Assembly (NCBI GenBank): GCA_951406725.2
Contig: OX597818.1
Location: forward strand, 134,850,001-134,914,000
Origin: Octopus vulgaris
Taxonomy: Eukaryota
Direction of reading: 5' to 3'
Length of the DNA: 64,000 nucleotides
Program-made: the position numbers and the translations under genes
In this document: piece after piece, positions 35,901-50,700 of the stretch
Numbering within the stretch: the stretch's first letter is position 1
Layout: every line of letters starts with the position of its first letter
The notes under the pieces: model-generated
The model's input: only the letters and a program-made list of their open reading frames with translations
Told to the model about the DNA's origin: nothing
Databases searched by the model: none

Positions 35901-38900
35901 GCCTGGTCTGGGAATCGAAACCGTGGTCCTACGACCGCGAGTCTACTGCCCTAACCACTGAACCATTGTGCCTCCACTACTGTCTGTATCGATTACAGGT
36001 GTATTGTTATTGTCTGTCTGTTCTCTGACACTGAATGAAAGCGCTATTTAAATGTGAAACTTTCAGGTTAGTAAGTCATGGAAGGATTACAAGGGGCATG
36101 AACTTGGCAGTTCATTTCAGACTGATGAGATAGGTGACGGTTGACGTTCAGCTGGACTATATGTAAGTCAATATTGGCTGAAATAATCTAGGCAAAGAAC
36201 TGATGATTTATTTTGAAACTTACATTTAGAAAAAAAAAAATTACAGAATGAATTATGTTTTTATCACTGATTTATACATCTTTTTCTAACAGAAAAATGT
36301 TGGTCGTCTGTTTTCTAAGTTTGGAGAAATCCAGTCCATAATGGTTAGAGATGACAACAATACCCCGGGCACTAAAATTTCGTAAGTGGTATTTTTTTTT
36401 TTTTTGTCTTCTAAGTAATATTTTACACTTAAATTTTAGGTTGTTGAAATAGAGATTGAAAATATTTTTAGGTTTAAAAATTATGACTGTTTAGTGTAGA
36501 TTCTTGATAGATTCTTAATAAAATAACTACGATTACATCATATTTTAACTAGTTATATAGAGCTAAAAGAGTAGATTATATAAACATTTTGTAAAGATAT
36601 TTGTTGAAACTAATTAAAAATGTTTATATTTCAAGAAAGAGATAACATGTATCTGATTTAAGATACTTAACTCTTTCAGAGATTATCTTTTCAGATTCCC
36701 TGATTTTGGTCCTTTTGTTTTTGTTATTTAAAGCATCAGTATATAATTCGGGCCTAGAATCTACTAATAGATGTATTTACAAGAGCTATAATGATGTTCA
36801 AAACTTAGATATAACAAGCCAACACCAATGTCCTCTCAACGATTAGCCAGAAAGGATTTTTAAAATGAGAATATCTGAAATAAACTTGACTGCTCTCACA
36901 AACAAGAATACTAAAAATGACTCCAACCCCTCTCAAAAATTAAGTAAAAAACAGAAAAATAATCCAGAATCCTTGTCCGGTACTGGATTGATCCCCAAAT
37001 CTAATCAGTTTGTGCCAGTCATGAGGCCAAAGAACCTTGAAAGTTTCATCCAAATCATCTCAAACATACACGCACACACATATATATATATACATATATA
37101 CGACGGGCTTCTTTCTGTCTACCAAATCCACTCACAAGGCATTGGTCGGCCCCGGGGCTATAGCAGAAGACACTTGCCCAAGGTGCCACGCAGTGGGACT
37201 GAACCCGGAACCATGTGGTTGGTTAGCAAGCTACTTACCACACAGCCACACCAAACTATTTATAATTTATATGACTATGTGTGTATATTATGAATATAAG
37301 GAGTTTTGAATTCCTCTGTTATTGACTATATTGCTGCTAATAGCTAAGGTAGCAAGAAGAAGCAGGTAGGCTTATGATAATATTTAGTGCCTGTATTTTT
37401 CATATATTCTAATCCTGTTTTCTATAATTTGTCTTCAGTTTTCCACATTTATGATTTCTTTTAGCTATGTTCGCTTTTATTGTGATGAAGATTCCAAGAA
37501 AGCTGTAGATGAATGTAATGGCTGTGATGTTGATGGAAACACCATTGTAGTAAGACGTACAGGAAAAAATGATAAAAGACACAGGTAAATACAATAAAAT
37601 TATTAGTGTTTTTCCTTTCTGAACTATTAAAGTACTGTAACTGCATTTCATCATCACCTTTGCTATCTTCATTTTATGTCTGTTTTTGTATGCTTACACA
37701 TGGACGGATCTTCTCAAGTACTGTCTCACTTCTTGTAATCACTCCTTGTATCTTTGTTAGATTGAGCATCCTGAAGTCATCTTTCATCTCTTGTCTTCCT
37801 CATTGTTCCTCTCCTGCAGTTTCTTTCTACTTGGGACTGCTTTACTTGAATGTCTGTACCAATGCAGTTTTCTCTTTGGCATGTTGCATCTAACTCTTCT
37901 TATACTTAGGTCTCTTTCAGCTCATTTGTACTGTGTTACTCATACACATTTACATTATACATCTGGCCTCCGTGCTGTGGGCACGTAACAAACACCATCC
38001 GATCGTGGCCGTGCCAGCCTCGCCTCGCCTCTGTGCCACGTAACAAACACCATCCGAGCGTGGCCGTTCGCCAGCCTCGTCTGGCACCTGTGTCGGTGGC
38101 ACATAAAAAACACCATCCGAGCGTGGCCATTCGCCAGCCTCGTCTGGCACCTGTGTCGGTGGCACATAAAAAGCACCCACTACACTCACGGAGTGGTTGG
38201 CGTTAGGAAGGGCATCCAGCTGTAGAAACACTGCCAGATCTGACTGGCCTGGTGCAGCCTTCGGGCTTCCCAGACCTCAGTTGAACCGTTCAACCCATGC
38301 TAGCATGGAAAGCGGACGTTAAATGATGATGATGATGATCTAATGAAGCAAGCTTCTCTCAATTCTTTCAAACCTTCACACATCCTCCATATTTAATGCA
38401 CATTTTGCTACTGTGCAATATTGCATTGGTACACAAGCATCAATATGTCCTTCACTCAGAGAGTGAATCCTGTATTAACAGAAGTGATAGCTCCCTGAAT
38501 TTTTTCCATACCATTCTTATTCTGGCTATTCTTTTGGAACATCTACATTTACTATCTGCTCAGTCACCTAACCAACCTGTGATTCTACTATACTTTGTGC
38601 ACTATAGTTTACATTAGGTACACCATTTGAAATTCTTACCTTCCCATTTTTTGCATATCAAAGGGATTTAAGTTCTGTCTTTCCAGTGATTAAAGCATTG
38701 ATTCTAGGTTTTACTTTCACACATGAAATTGCTTCTAAATCTTCAACAGATTCAGCTATAAATACTAGATCAGCATCATACATCATATAGGAGGAATTCT
38801 TATATACAGCTGGTCTTAAATTCCCTTGTAATGGTTTGAAGAACTACAATAAACAGAAGGTGGCTGAGAACCAAGCACAGATGGCTATCTATCTAAATTC

Positions 38901-41748
38901 CTTGCTGAAATCTGCTGATAGCATACATGGAAAAAGCTTAAAAGCCATGTCACTCAAACCTAATTTTCTAGTGACCATTAAATTACAGACCCTGGTACTC
39001 TGTCAAAGCCTTTTTTAAGGTCATGAATACTAAGTATTGTGGCTTTGTCTTAGCTAAGACCTTTTGTAGTTGTATCACTAGGAATACAGCCTTGGCTGTA
39101 AATTGTCCTGACATAAACCCAAATTACATCTCATCTAATTTAATTTTCTTAATTCTGCTAAAACTCTTTTGGAACCGGTTACTTTCAAAACCTGTCCCAT
39201 CAGTTTGATGCTTCTTTGTTGAGTGTCTTCTTTGCCCTAGTATAGCAGTTGATGCTGATGCTGCTGTCCTAGTTATTGAGTATGACTCCTCCCTTCTATC
39301 TGATTGACTATGTAAATGACTAACATGTGTCCTACTTTGCAGGATATCTTTCACTTCTCAATGGCTATTCCTGATTGTTCAGTTGCTTTCCCTGTTTTCA
39401 TGTCTTTGTGTTTTATTACATATATCTGTCAACTTTAATTGCTGGTCTCCTTGTTGGATCTCCTTCCTCTTTTTCCCATTCTTAAAATTCAGAAGCTTCT
39501 CAATAACATTTCCATGTCTCTTTCTTCTTGGTTTCAGTGATGGTAAATGCACTGTTATCATTCCAAGTATAGATTTCATCAACAATTTCTTGCTTTTTAC
39601 TGTCAGCTCCTCTCCATTCTATGTATACATAGTATTTAGTATCTCCTGTAGCAACTTTGCTTGCGGCAGGTCACCTCATAGAAATCTCCCAGTTGTATGT
39701 TATGTTATCACTCTTTTTCTCCCACAGCTTATCACAAATGTCAACTAAAGCTTCTTTAAACCAAAGTCTGGTCAGGTAATCTGTCAGCTTCTGTACCATC
39801 CTTCTCATGATTGTCTTATTTCAATTAGTCTATTTAGTTCTTATCTTGAAGTTGCTGATCATTTATTTATATTAATCGGTACATTCTTCACAAGGGGAAA
39901 GACTTAGTATTTACATCATCAATTAATGTCCTTTTTACCATGCTGGCATGGGTTAAACAGTTTGACAGGAACTGATGAGCTAGAAGGCTGTGCTAGCTTC
40001 AACATCTGTGTTGGTATAGTTTCTATAGCTGGATGCCCTTCCTAATGTCAATCACTTCAGTGAGTGGAGAAAACATTCTCTCTTATATTAAAGGGTGTAA
40101 AAACACCATATCTGTCTCATACTTCCCCCTGTTGGATTCCCAGATGCGATTCTAACTTTTTAGCCATTATCAATGGGAAATACTGAATAGAGGCAACTCT
40201 GGACAGACTTAATTAAAGCTGTAGCTTTAGCTAAAACACAGTCAGCAGCATTGACTGATGGGCTTCTTTCAGTTTCTGTCTATCAAATCCACTTAGAAGC
40301 TTTGGTCAGCCAGAGCCTATAGTAAAAGACACTTGCCCAAAGTGTCACGCAGTGGGACTGAACCTGAGACAAGATGGTTGGGAAGCAAGCTTCTTGCCCA
40401 CACAACCATATCTGTGCATACACACAAATGCATGCAGCAGCTGCTGTATTCAATCCATGTCAGTTTTTAATGGGTTAAAATGAAAATTAATTATTGGGGT
40501 TTGTCTAAATATATGTAATTCTGATACAAATATCTATGATTTAAATATTTTATAATCAAAATATTTCCAAAGTACGCTATTAATACATAAAATCTTTCTT
40601 TTTTTTTAGAAAACCTGGAGAGAAATTCCAATCTGTTGTAGGAATGAAGCCAGAGAAAAAAAATGATAGAATTTCAAACAGAGGACCAGATATAGGTAAA
40701 AGGATTTATGTTTGAGTTATTTTATATCTTCTTGTAGATTCCAGTGCCATGTTTGGATTACAAATTATAGGGGAAAATGCAATTTACGAAATTGTTCCTT
40801 AAAACTCTAAATTTTGTCTGTCAACATTTTCACAGGATGTTTTCTTTCATATTTTTATAGCTGAAACATTTTGCTAATTGTTATAAAAAAATAACAAATA
40901 AATAGATAAAATAAACCAAAATATTTGTACTTAATTAACTGTATTCATAATTTTCATAGAATTTAGAAATAACGAGAGACAATAGCCTATTTACAATAGG
41001 CTAGTGTCTCTTGATAAATGGAATTTTAGTGTGAATAACCTTTATGGAAGGTGTTATGTGCATTTTTAATAATAATTACATTTATTATATTGCAGTAATT
41101 AACACTATTTTTTTAACATAATACTGTAATTAAAGGTATTTCTGTATACTACAGTAATTAAGAGTATTTCTGTATAATAGAGTGATTAAAGGCATTTGTG
41201 GGTAATAGAGCAATTAGAGGTATTTTTATATATTACACTGCTTAACCCGTTAGCATTTAAATCAGCCATATCTGACCCAAATATTCTACATGATTTATGT
41301 TCAAATCAGCTACATTCCATCCCTGACACCTACCCTACAATGTCATTTTAAAAATATGCAATCATATCAAAATTTTGAAGCTACAGTAGTATAATGCATG
41401 ATCATTCAAAACGTGAATAAATAGGCATTACATTTGATAGAGTTATCTGAATGCTGAAAGGTTATGGATTTATGCTTATATTACAATGATTACGGTTATT
41501 TGTATATAACACTGAAATTAAGAGCATTTGTATACAATACGATTATTAAGGGTATCTGTGTGTAATAGAAGTTTTAAAATACTACACATGAGTGGCTGTG
41601 TGGTAAGTAGCTTACTAACCAACCACATTGGTTCCGGGTTCAGTCCCACTGAGTGGCATCTTGGGCAAGTGTCTTCTGCTATAGCCCCGGGCCGACCAAT
41701 GCCTTGTGAGTGGATTTGGTAGACGGAAACTGAAAGAAGCCTGTCGTA

Positions 41749-41790
<42 letters not shown>

Positions 41791-44700
41791 GTATGTGTGT
41801 GTGTGTTTGTGTGTCTGTGTTTGTTCCCCCTAGCATTGCTTGACAACCGATGCTAGTGTGTTTACGTCCCCGTCACTTAGCGGTTTGGCAAAAGAGACCG
41901 ATAGAATAAGTACTGGGCTTACAAAGAATAAGTCCCGGGGTCGATTTGATCGACTAAAGGCGGTGCTCCAGCATGGCCGCAGTCAAAATGACTGAAACAA
42001 GTAAAAAAGTAAAGAGTAAAAGAGTATGAAAATTAAGACCATAGTGGAGAATATATTTTGTTGTTGATGGCAAAAATGTAGAGATATTATAACTGAAGAC
42101 TAAGTAGTTGTTCTAGGGTTTGGGTTTATTTTATATGTTTACATATGGAGGCGCAATGGCCCAATGGTTAGGGCAGTGGACTCGCGGTTGTAGGATCGCA
42201 GTTTCGATTCCCAGACCGGGCATTGTGAGTGTTTATTGAGCGAAGATACCTAAAACTCCACAAGGCTCCGGCAGGGGGGTGGGTGGCGAACCCTGCTGTA
42301 CTCTTTCACCACAACTTTCTCCCACACTTTCTTTCTGTTTCTGTTGTACCTGTATTTCAAAGGGCCAGCCTTGTCACACTCTGTGTCATGCTGAATCTCC
42401 TCGAGAATTATGTTAAGGGTACACATGTCCGTGGAGTGCTCAGCCACTTGCACGTTAATTTCACGAGCAAGCTGTTCCGTTGATCGGATCAACTGGGACC
42501 CTCGTTGTCATAACCGACAGAGTGCCATAATAAATAATATGTTTACAAGCATAAGTTATAATTTCACAGGTGTGGCAATGTAAATAGAATCCCAATTATA
42601 TTGATAGATGTACATTATTTGTAGACGGGGGAAAATGCAGAAGTGTAATTTTATAGTTATACCAGTTGAAACCCTTATCCAGTTGATAGGTATTTGGATA
42701 TTAATGTGTGTTAGAAATGCATGATTGTTGTTTTATTTATATGAAGTGTATCAATGACTCTTTTGTATAGTTCCATATGAAGATCGACCAAATCGGCACA
42801 CAGGAACCATTAGGCCAGATGGAAAGACTTCACGATGTGGCCAGTCATCACCAGAAGATCCTGCTGATGTAAGACTACTATCTCCATATGTTACAAAATT
42901 AGAAAAGCTGAGTTTTTCAATTCTCCATGTCAGCATGGACGGAATTTTTTTTTCCTTTGCTTCATTTTTCCATGTCAGCATTGGACAGAATGGTTTTTGA
43001 AAAATGCAACAGATATTTAGTAATTGGCTATGTGATTTTGCTGTCATAGCTTGTGATTTCAGTGGATAATGTTGGACAACACCTTGGTGGCTACTTTGAT
43101 GTACATGCAGGCTATCATTACGGTACATGGAATTCTGAAGGGTCAAGGTTTTTGCAGTTTTGCAATAGAAATGACCTAATCATTTGCATGTATGGTAATG
43201 GGACCTGAGTATAAAATGAGAGCAATATATGAAGACTATGAATGATGGAGCACAAAAGAGCTGAGAGAAAAACTTGGTAGCAGAGGAATCAGTTGTAGTG
43301 TATAAGAGAGAAGAGTGGAGGCGCAATGGCCCAGTGGTTAGGGCAGCAGACTCGCGGTCGTGGGATCGCGGTTTCGATTCCCAGACCGGGCGTTGTGAGT
43401 GTTTATTGAGCAAAAACACCTAAAAGCTCCACGAGGCTCCGGCAGGGGATGGTGGTGATCCCTGCTGTACTCTTTCACCACAACTTTCTCTCACTCTTAC
43501 TTCCTGTTTCTGTTGTACCTGTATTTCAAAGGGCCGGCCTTGTCACTCTCTGTGTCACGCTGAATATCCCCGAGAACTATGTTAAGGATACACGTGTCTG
43601 TGGAGTGCTCAGCCACTTCCACGTTAATTTCACGAGCAGGCTGTTCCGTTGATCGGATCAACCGGAACCCTCGTCGTCGTAACCGACGGAGTGCTTCCAT
43701 CCATCCATAAGAGAGAAGACAAACGTGGTAGAAGCGCCAGGTGAACCATGTGGAAAATATCTTCAGAAGAGGCAGTCCAAAGAAAATACAGGAAAAAGTA
43801 GTGAAGGCTGAACATCAGAAAAGAAACTACCAAGAATTGTTTCCTTTTGTGTTCACAACAAAGGTTACAAGTTTTGAGACTTATCTAACCTTTGCAAGCA
43901 TAGAAAAACATGTGTAGAATGCTGTTTCTGTTGCTGAGGAATTATGAAGGAGTGCTGAAAGTTCTGGTTTTAAGGGTGTTGCAAAAGGCCTAGTTGGAGG
44001 CCCAGCCTTCCAAGTTCTTTTACAGGGCTTAGAAAAACTGAAGGATCGCTGCAATAAGAAATATATCTTTGTGTATATATGTATCCATATAAGTTACAGT
44101 ATCCATGGTCTGATCAATAAATATCTGTTGATCAGACTGTTGCCATAGTAATGAAGCTAAAGCATGCTGAGTGAAACCACTTGGTACAGATTGACCTTGA
44201 ACTCTGCTGTATATGTGCACTAAGTTTTTGACATTTTAGCTCACTTCTGCTGTTTACAGTAGTACTTGGAAGTAATGTGTGATCATCGCTTTGACCATGA
44301 TGGAGAAAGTTGAGCAGAGAATCTGCATCAAATTTTGCCAAAAGCTTGGGGGTACCTGCTCAGAGGCCTATGCAAAGTTTTCAAAAAGTTTTCATCGTTC
44401 TCGACACAATCAAAGAGATGTTGTGCATATGAAACCGGATTATCTTTTTGGTTGGCTGAAAACAGTTTTGGCACAAATTTGGCAGACACATCTCGTACCC
44501 AAATCTTCAGTGTTAATGGACTGAACTGAACCCTAACTAATCTGCACATCTTCTGATAACTCAGATGGTGATTTGATGATTTCTCCACACATCTGCAGTG
44601 TTTTTGTCAGTTCTGCTGGTTGTGGGTCTCCCAGAAATTCATCACTATCAACATTTTTTGGCCATCTTGGAAACATCTGAACCACTTGTACACTTCATCT

Positions 44701-47700
44701 TTTTTTACTAAATTCAAACACAGTGTTTGAATTGACGATGACAGTGAGTATTGAACAAAGAACTTCTCTCACTGAAAATTTTTGCTAACAATTTCTTTCA
44801 GCAAAACAAATTTCACATGGTTTGTGGGGAGGGGAGAATGTAGTTACAGTATTTTTTTTTGTGTTGAACAGAAGATAATTTTCTTAAAAGTAGTCGTACC
44901 TTTTCATTGTCCATCCAATTTTTGCATTCCTCTTTGAAGATTTCTTCATACCTTTGGAAATATGGAGAAAAAGTAATACCTTCTTCTGAGTTATAAATAA
45001 ATTCTGCAATTGTGTTTTCTATGCCATCTGGCAAGAATGAACTTGAAATATTCCTGGACTTCAACATTAATTCCAGCAACTGTTGGTATTGTTACAATTG
45101 CTGCTGTAACTGCACCACGGAGGCTAATTAAGTCTTCCATGCCAACTAATTTTTCTTTGATTTTGTATCAAAAGAAACTGTTAATGTTGGATGTAAGCTT
45201 TGAATAAATTCATCGCCACTTTTGTAAGTAGATATCCTCGTCGCCACTTTTATATCCGTCTGTACGTTGGATATACAGATTTCACAAAGTGGGGATAGAC
45301 ACAACTGTCTTTGCACAATATACTTCAAATTACTCCACTAAACACGATACTTCAATAAATACAAACTCTCAATGATCTCAATGACTTCCACAAACTCTCA
45401 ATGAGTCCTATGACTTCTCCAGTCTCAACCAGTATGCTACTCTTTATAAGAGTTCAGCTAGTCAATTCTTCCAACTCCACAGAGATGTCATTGACATCTC
45501 CACAGAGATGTCAATGACTCTCGCCACAACAAAATGTCTGAAACTAAGCTAAATGGACCAATTCTCACAGGGATGATAATAAACTGGAGTGTTTAATTGA
45601 AAGAGTTAAAATATTGCAAACTTCTCACCTGTGATGCAAGACTCTCTTGATTTATATCTAAGGGGTTATCATCATCATCATCATCATTTAGCGTCCGTTT
45701 TCCATGCTAGCATGGGTTGGACGGTTCAACTGGGGTCTGTGAAGCCAGAAGGCTGCATCAGGCCCAGTCTGATCTGGCAGTGTTTCTACGGCTGGATGCC
45801 CTTCCTAACGCCAACCACTCCGCGAGTGGATAATTGAGGCAAATAAAGTCTCTACTTGCTAAACTGTTTTGACGCATCTAATGTGACAAGATATTGTATT
45901 TTTTAATCTTACAATTCATTTGTTGTCAGAAACTTAAACATCACATCTACTTTTCTGCTTTTTACTCAAGAACATTTTGCAGATAAAATAATTTTATATT
46001 GCTCAAGTCCTTGGAATTAATTCAATATTCTTTAACTTCATTTTGTCCCCTTTACTAATTAGATTCTCTTTTCTTAAATTTACTCCTATTAATATCCACA
46101 TTTTGATAGAATCAATAGAGCAATGGGTACAACTATATCTTGTATTATTGAGGCGCAATGGCCCAGTGGTTAGGGCGGCGGACTCGCGGTCGTAGGATCG
46201 CGGTTTCGATTCCCAGAGTGTTTATTGAGCGAAAACACCTAAAGCTTCACAAGGCTCCTGCAGGGGATGGTGGTGAACCCTGCTGTACTCTTTCACCACA
46301 ACTTTCTCTCACTCTTTCTTCCTGTTTCTGTTGTACCTGTATTTCAAAGGGCCGGCCTTGTCACACTCTGTGTCACGCTGAATCTCCTCAAGAACTATGT
46401 TAAGGGTACACGTGTCTGTGGAGTGCTCAGCCACTTGCACGTTAATTTCACGAGCAAGCTGTTCCGTTAATCGTATCAGCTTGGACCCTCATCGTCGTAA
46501 CCGACGGAGTGCTCCTATCTTGTATTATTTAAGTTGTGCCTTTTATGCTGTGAGTTTTAATCCCACTGAGGGTGGATTTTGCCTTTCGTACTTCCAAGAT
46601 CAATAAAACTAAATACCAGTCATGTACTCCGCTTCCCTTTTGATTGTGTTATAAATCAATGTTTTGATGTGGTGAAAGTTTCCATCTAAATATTAATGTT
46701 ACATTTGTTGTTTGTTACAATTAAAAGCTTCTTACAATCTTTTGTTTTTGTTATCTTTTTTTGTCTTAGGAAACAGTATTAGTGAGTCATGTTGAAAACT
46801 GCAATGTTATCTGGGTGCAAGTAGTGACTGAAGATGTACAGGAAAAATTGCTATATGTCACTAACCAGTTGGCAGAAGTCTGTCCAAAAGCAAAGAAAGT
46901 TGAAAAAATCCAGTTGAATAAAGTATGATTCAGTATTCTTTCTCTATTTAACCCTTTCGTTACTGTATTTATTTTGAGATGCTCTGTGTTTCTTTCAATT
47001 ATTTTAAATATAACAAAGAATTTAGTAAAATAACTTAGTTATCATTTAGCTAGTGTTAAGAATGTAAATTGTGACTAAGGTTTGGTGGAATATTTTAATT
47101 CAAAACTTATGGAAACAAGACATTTTACCACAGAGCCAGAGCCGGTTTTGGCCGGTTAGTAACAAAAGGGTTAAGATAATTGTTTAATATTTTGGGATTT
47201 CTTGACAGCAGATGAAATTTCTTTTTATGTATAGCTACATGAAAATCAGAATCTATTTCAAGAGTTACCCTTTTTAATTCTTCATGAAACTCACCCAATT
47301 TTTTTATTGTTTACTACAGTTCAGATTTTCCTTTTATTAGGTTTTTTGTTAATTCTATTATTATTTTTTCCCACTTCAGATTTTTGCTGCCAAGTTTTCT
47401 GAAGATCAACTTTGGTACCGGTGTATTATCAGAGAGCCGCAGCAACATTTGTCTAGCAAGGTAAATAGATGTATTTGAAGGACAGCCTTGATTCTCTTGT
47501 TTTAGTATATGGCTCAATGGTTAGAGCGTCGAGCTTACGATCGTGAGGTTGTGAGCTCGAATCCCGGACTGGGCTGTGTGTTGTGTTCTTGGGCAAGACA
47601 CTTTATTTCACATTGCTCCAGTTCACTCAGCTGTAGAAATGAGTTGCGACGTCACAGGTGCCAAGCTGTATCGGCCCCTTTGCCTTTCCCTTGGATAACA

Positions 47701-50700
47701 TCAGTGGTGTGGAAAGGGGAGGCCGGTATGCATGGGCGACTGCTGGTCTTCCATAAACAACCTTGCCCGGACTTGTGCCTTGGAGGGTAACATTCTAGGT
47801 GCAATCTCATGGTCTGTGTCGTGACCGAAGGGGGTCTCAGATATAATAATGGTTTCTAATTTATCGGTTGGAACCATATATTTGTCATTACCCATCCCCT
47901 TTACTTTAATACTTACTTTATTAAGAACCTTCAGGCAAACGAAGGAAAAAAGTTAATCTTTGTACCATTTTAATTCAGAACATAAAAGTAAATATGACCA
48001 GGTGTTTTGTCCATTTTTGTCCCCCAGTTCTACCACACCACACCACACCCTACCCTTTCCAACAACACCAGTTTGTCCACTATGACCACTCACTTCCTAC
48101 CATGTCAAAGCTGGCTTTTTTCTTTAATTTTACTGAATTAGTCTGGAAGAAAGTGTTACTCTTTTACTCTTTTCAGTCATTTGACTGCGGCCATGCTGGA
48201 GCACTGCCTTTAATCGAGCAACTCGACCCCGGGACTTATTCTTTTGTAAGCCCAGTACTTATTCTATCGGTCTCTTTTGCTGAACCACTAAGTGACGGGG
48301 ACATAAACACACCAGCATCGGTTGTCAAGCAATGCTAGGGGGACAAACACAGACACACAAACACACACATATATATATATATACATATATACGACGGGCT
48401 TCTTTCAGTTTCCGTCTACCAAATCCACTCACAAGGCTTTGGTCGGCCCGAGGCTGTAGTAGAAGACACTTGCCCAAGGTGCCATGCAGTGGGACTGAAC
48501 CCAGAACCATGTGGTTGGTAACCAAGCTACTTACCACACAGCCACTCCTGCGCCTATACACACACACACAAGTATGTGTCCCTAGCTTTCACATTCCTCC
48601 AAGACTGGTGAGATCAATACAGTTATTGTTCCTCTTCAACAGTTGATGACTACAGGAAAAAAAAGTATACAGGAATGGAATTCCAGAGGGCCAACATTCT
48701 GAGGAGAAAAGACTGGGTATAGTGGGTAATGTGGGAACTATGGGTTGGGAAAGGGTGAACCCAATATGGTGGGGTGAGAGGAGAAAAGATGAGTGAGTAA
48801 GCTAGGTGGGACAAAGTGGAGATTGTACAGTTAATGTTGAGGATGAGTACAGGTTATTGTTCATCATCATCATCGTTTAACGTTCGTTTTCCTCGCTAGC
48901 ACGGGTTGGACGGTTCGACGGTTCGACCGGGGTCTGGGAAGCCAGGTGCTGCTCCAGGCTCCAGTCTGATGTGGCAGAGTTTCTACGGCTGGATGCCCTT
49001 CCTAACGCCAACCACTCCGCGAGTGTAGTGGGTGCTTTTTACGTGCCACCTGCACAGGTGCCAGGGGCGGGGTCCGGCATCGGCCACGATTGGTTGGAGC
49101 TTTTAACGTGTCAGCGACACGGAAGCCAGCCAGGGCGGTGCTGGCAATGTTCGGATGGTGCCTTTTATGTGCCACCGGCACAGGCATCACAACTACTATT
49201 TCCATTGATATTTATTTCGACGTTCATGTTCATGTACTTGACTCAACAGGTCTCCTCAAGCACAGCGGGACGTTCTGGGATCCAGGGTACTTTGAATGGG
49301 CAGGGGCTATATATATTATTAGGTATTAAAGTCTTTTGTTGTCTCTTTGTGGTCTGGTCACTAACACATGCATGACCAGATGTCAGTAACCAGCAGTGTT
49401 CCCTCTAAGCTGTACACTTGTGTGTACATACATGGTTGTGTGGTTAAGAAGCTCACTTTGCAATCACGTGGTTTTGGTTTCAGTCCCACCGTGCAGTACC
49501 TAAGGCGAGTATCTTCTACTATAGCCCTGGGTTGAAGTTAGTAGATGGAAACTGTGGAACCTTTTGTTACATGCATATGCATATTTGTGTTTGTGTTGTC
49601 CACTCTACCACTGCTTGACAACTGGTGTTGGTTTGTTTACATCCCATAACTTAGTGGGTCAGTCAAAGAGACCAATAGAATAAGTACTAGACTTAAAAAT
49701 ATGTACTGGTGTCAATTTGTTTGGCTGAAACCTTTTGAGGTGGTGCTCCAGCATAGCTGGAGTTCAACAACTGAAAGACATTAAAGGTGACAAACAAACA
49801 AACACACAAAGGGATGAAATTGAAGATGATTATTCACACAGGTGTACTTGTACTTTGCTGAGAAAAACAAAATTTGCTCACATCTGCAGCTAAAAATTAG
49901 AATGTTACTCTACTCTTTACTCTTTTACTCTTTTCAGCCATTTGACTGCGGCCATGCTGGAGCACCGCCTTTAGTCGAGCAAATCGACCCCAGGACTTAT
50001 TCTTTGTAAGCCCAGTACTTATTCTATCGGTCTCTTTTGCCGAACCGCTAAGTGACGGGGACGTAAAAACACCAGCATCGGTTGTCAAGCAATGCTAGGG
50101 GGACAAACACAGACACACAAACACACTCACACATACATACATATATATATATATATACATATATACGACAGGCTTCTTTCAGTTTCCGTCTACCAAATCT
50201 GCTCACAAGGCATTGGTCGGCCCGGGGCTATAGCAGAAGACACTTGCCCAAGATGCCACGCAGTGGGACTGAACCCGGAACCATGTGGTTGGTTAGCAAG
50301 CTACTTACCACACAGCCACTCCTGCGCCTGGTAAATATATAAACTAAAGACCTTGATACTTAATAATATTTATGGCACAGGTTTGGCTGTGGTTAAGAAG
50401 TTTGTTTCCCAACTACACGGTTACAAGTTCAATCCACTGCATGGCTACTTGGGTAAGTGTCTTCTACTATAGCTCCAGGCTACCAAAGCCTTGTGAGTAG
50501 ATTTGGCAGGTTGACTCAGCAAGAAGCCTGTCACTTGTGTTTGTGTATATATTTGTGTGTGGAGTGGAAGCACTCCGTCAGTTACGACGAGGAGGGTTCC
50601 GGTTGATCCGAACCAGCGGAACAGCCTGCTCGTGAAATTAACATGTAAGTGGCTGAGCACTCCACAGACACATGTACCCTTAACGTAGTTCTCGGGGATG

